This document shows, in pieces, positions 62,339 through 64,000 of a DNA stretch of 64,000 nucleotides (the first letter of the stretch is position 1; each line of letters starts with the position of its first letter). A model generated the notes under the pieces. It saw only the letters and a list, made by a program, of their open reading frames with translations, was not told where the DNA came from and did not search any database. Source of the stretch: Candidatus Cloacimonadota bacterium (GTDB lineage Bacteria > Cloacimonadota > Cloacimonadia > Cloacimonadales > TCS61); contig JABGOP010000005.1 of the NCBI GenBank assembly GCA_018645365.1, positions 440 to 64,439 of the forward strand, written 5' to 3'. The position numbers and the translations under genes are program-made.

Positions 62339-63262
62339 ATGAACTTTTTTAAAAATCAAAAATGTAATTTTGATAAACCAATAGTAACAATGGGTACTTT
62401 CGACGGAGTTCATCTCGGTCATCAACAAATTTTACGCGCCGTCAAAAGTGAAGCTACCAAAAATAACGCAAAATCGATAGTTATCAGCTATTTTCATCAT
62501 CCACTCGAAACCATTCACAAAAAAACATTTCCCTACATTCTAACCGAACGAAACCAAAAAGAAGCTTTAATGAAAAAGTTTGGCATTGATTGTGTTTTGT
62601 ACCTCGATTTCAATAAAAAAATGGCAAATATGAATGCCGTTGATTTCTTCAAAAAAGTAATTATTGAAAAAATCGGAGCCCAAAAAATCATTGTTGGTTA
62701 CGATACCCATTTCGGCAAATATCGAGAAGGAAATTTCGAACTTTTACAAAAATATATGGCAACTTCCAATTTTGAGGTAAAAAAAGTTCTTCCTTTCAAA
62801 ATTGATAATACCACAATCAGTAGCAGTTTAATTCGGGATTTTGTGCGAGAAGGAGACATGCAAAAAAGTGCAAAATTTTTGGGCAGAAATTATTCTATTC
62901 AAGGCACTGTAGTAGCGGGACATCGCATCGGTCGCACGCTTGGATTTCCTACTACCAATATAAAACCCGCAGATGAAAATAAGCTAATCCCTGCAATTGG
63001 CGTTTATATCTGTAAAATTAGAGTAAATGGGGAAAAATATTTTGGCATCACAAATATCGGCTATGCACCCACTTTGAAAAAAATGCAAACCAAAGAAATC
63101 GAAACACATATTCTCAATTTTATCGGTGATTTATACCATCAAACTGTCGAGGTGGAATTTTTACAAAAACTACGAGATGAACAAAGTTTCCAAAATGAAA
63201 ATGAATTGATTAAGCAAATTAAAAAAGATGTAAAATTTACCGAAGATTTTTTCAAGTTATAG
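62339..63262 (+). CDS. ribF: bifunctional riboflavin kinase / FMN adenylyltransferase
   Basis: 307 aa. GTFDGVHLGHQ, C-terminal GHRIGRTLGFPTTN. Confidence 0.95.
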   Translation: MNFFKNQKCNFDKPIVTMGTFDGVHLGHQQILRAVKSEATKNNAKSIVISYFHHPLETIHKKTFPYILTERNQKEALMKKFGIDCVLYLDFNKKMANMNAVDFFKKVIIEKIGAQKIIVGYDTHFGKYREGNFELLQKYMATSNFEVKKVLPFKIDNTTISSSLIRDFVREGDMQKSAKFLGRNYSIQGTVVAGHRIGRTLGFPTTNIKPADENKLIPAIGVYICKIRVNGEKYFGITNIGYAPTLKKMQTKEIETHILNFIGDLYHQTVEVEFLQKLRDEQSFQNENELIKQIKKDVKFTEDFFKL

Positions 63263-63277
63263 ATTAAGGGAGAGTGT

Positions 63278-64000
63278 ATGTTTTTTTGTACTGAATGTGG
63301 AGCTGAAACTTCCAAGTGGAGCGGAAAATGTCCATTTTGTGGAGCGTGGAATTCCCTCAAAGAGAGCAGTAAGGTTACTGGTAAAAAAACTAAAAAACAA
63401 CATTTCAACATCGGAGAAAAAAGCAGACCAGAAAAAATCGCCAACATTAAATTAGACAAAAAAGAGAGAATTACAACCGGCATAGCTGAATTTGATGGTG
63501 TTCTCGGTGGTGGAGTAGTTGCTGGCATGGTAGTGCTAATTGGTGGTGCACCAGGAATCGGAAAATCTACCTTAATGCTGCAAATAGCCAACAAGTTAGC
63601 TGATTCTCAAAATAAAAAAATACTCTATATCTCTGGTGAAGAGAGCGAACAACAAATTAAAATGCGTAGCAAAAGATTGCATTGTGCCGCGAGCGAACTT
63701 TACCTTTATTGTGAAACAAATTTCGAAGAAATCATCAACACAATCACGACTTTCCAACCAGACTTAGTGGTGATAGATTCTATTCAAGCGGTATATTCAA
63801 ACACATCAGACAGCGCACCTGGTAGCGTTTCGCAACTACGCGAATGTACCAGTCTATTTACTCGCACCGCCAAAAAACTCGGCATTCCCTTCTTCTTAAT
63901 TGGTCACATCACCAAAGATGGAGCAGTGGCTGGACCGAAAATCATCGAACACATGGTGGACACAGTTTTATACTTTGAAGGCGAGATGAACAACAAAATT
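63278..64000 (+). CDS. radA: DNA repair protein RadA (Sms), N-terminal part; 3' end beyond the window
   Basis: Manual translation from ATG 63278: MFFCTECGAETSKWSGKCPFCGAWNS (zinc finger), Walker A GGAPGIGKST, HITKDGAVAGP. Not in the ORF track because it is open-ended. Confidence 0.9.
   Translation, partial: MFFCTECGAETSKWSGKCPFCGAWNSLKESSKVTGKKTKKQHFNIGEKSRPEKIANIKLDKKERITTGIAEFDGVLGGGVVAGMVVLIGGAPGIGKSTLMLQIANKLADSQNKKILYISGEESEQQIKMRSKRLHCAASELYLYCETNFEEIINTITTFQPDLVVIDSIQAVYSNTSDSAPGSVSQLRECTSLFTRTAKKLGIPFFLIGHITKDGAVAGPKIIEHMVDTVLYFEGEMNNKI

Noticed and set aside
1-64000. Alternative genetic code, CRISPR arrays, IS elements, integrases, toxin-antitoxin pairs or known defence genes
   Set aside because: TAA, TAG and TGA all terminate conserved proteins at the expected lengths. 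I saw no repeat-spacer periodicity, no transposase/integrase/reverse-transcriptase motifs and no terminal inverted repeats flanking a gene block. This was a by-eye scan only, so short or degenerate elements could have been missed.

Overview
AT-rich (by eye roughly one-third G+C, not computed) bacterial chromosomal segment that is almost fully coding. I count about 60 CDS. I recognised no rRNA, tRNA, CRISPR array, transposase, integrase or prophage gene. All calls come from reading motifs by eye and no searches were run.

About three quarters is core housekeeping in long co-directional operons with Firmicutes-like synteny:
- ispE-spoVG-prs-ctc-pth-rpsF-ssb-rpsR-DUF2232-rplI
- rpe-ffh-rpsP-KH-rimM-trmD-x-rplS
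- hrcA-grpE-dnaK-dnaJ-rsmE, with two CIRCE operators
- rimP-nusA-ylxR-L7Ae-infB-rbfA-nrnA-truB-ribF-radA

The window also encodes a gingipain-type C25 peptidase ending in a T9SS-style C-terminal sorting domain. That suggests an FCB-group-like or related uncultivated lineage, but I cannot name the organism.

Three non-housekeeping patches stand out:
1. 8.9-18.5 kb: C25/CTD peptidase, PorV-like beta-barrel, FN3-like lipoprotein, SLBB-only mini-OPX and a Wzc-type tyrosine kinase. No polysaccharide synthesis genes lie nearby.
2. 32.1-39.4 kb: a roughly 1890-aa modular secreted protein, transcribed divergently from an atypical Fur-family regulator across two perfect palindromes. A secreted FGE/SUMF1-like protein sits alongside.
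3. 41.0-45.5 kb: a 1414-aa sigma54 activator with the order P-loop NTPase, TPR array, GAF, AAA+, HTH. A repeated 19-bp motif lies upstream.

Patch 1 is my best candidate for an undescribed system, followed by the giant sigma54 regulator. Neither is proven novel from sequence alone.
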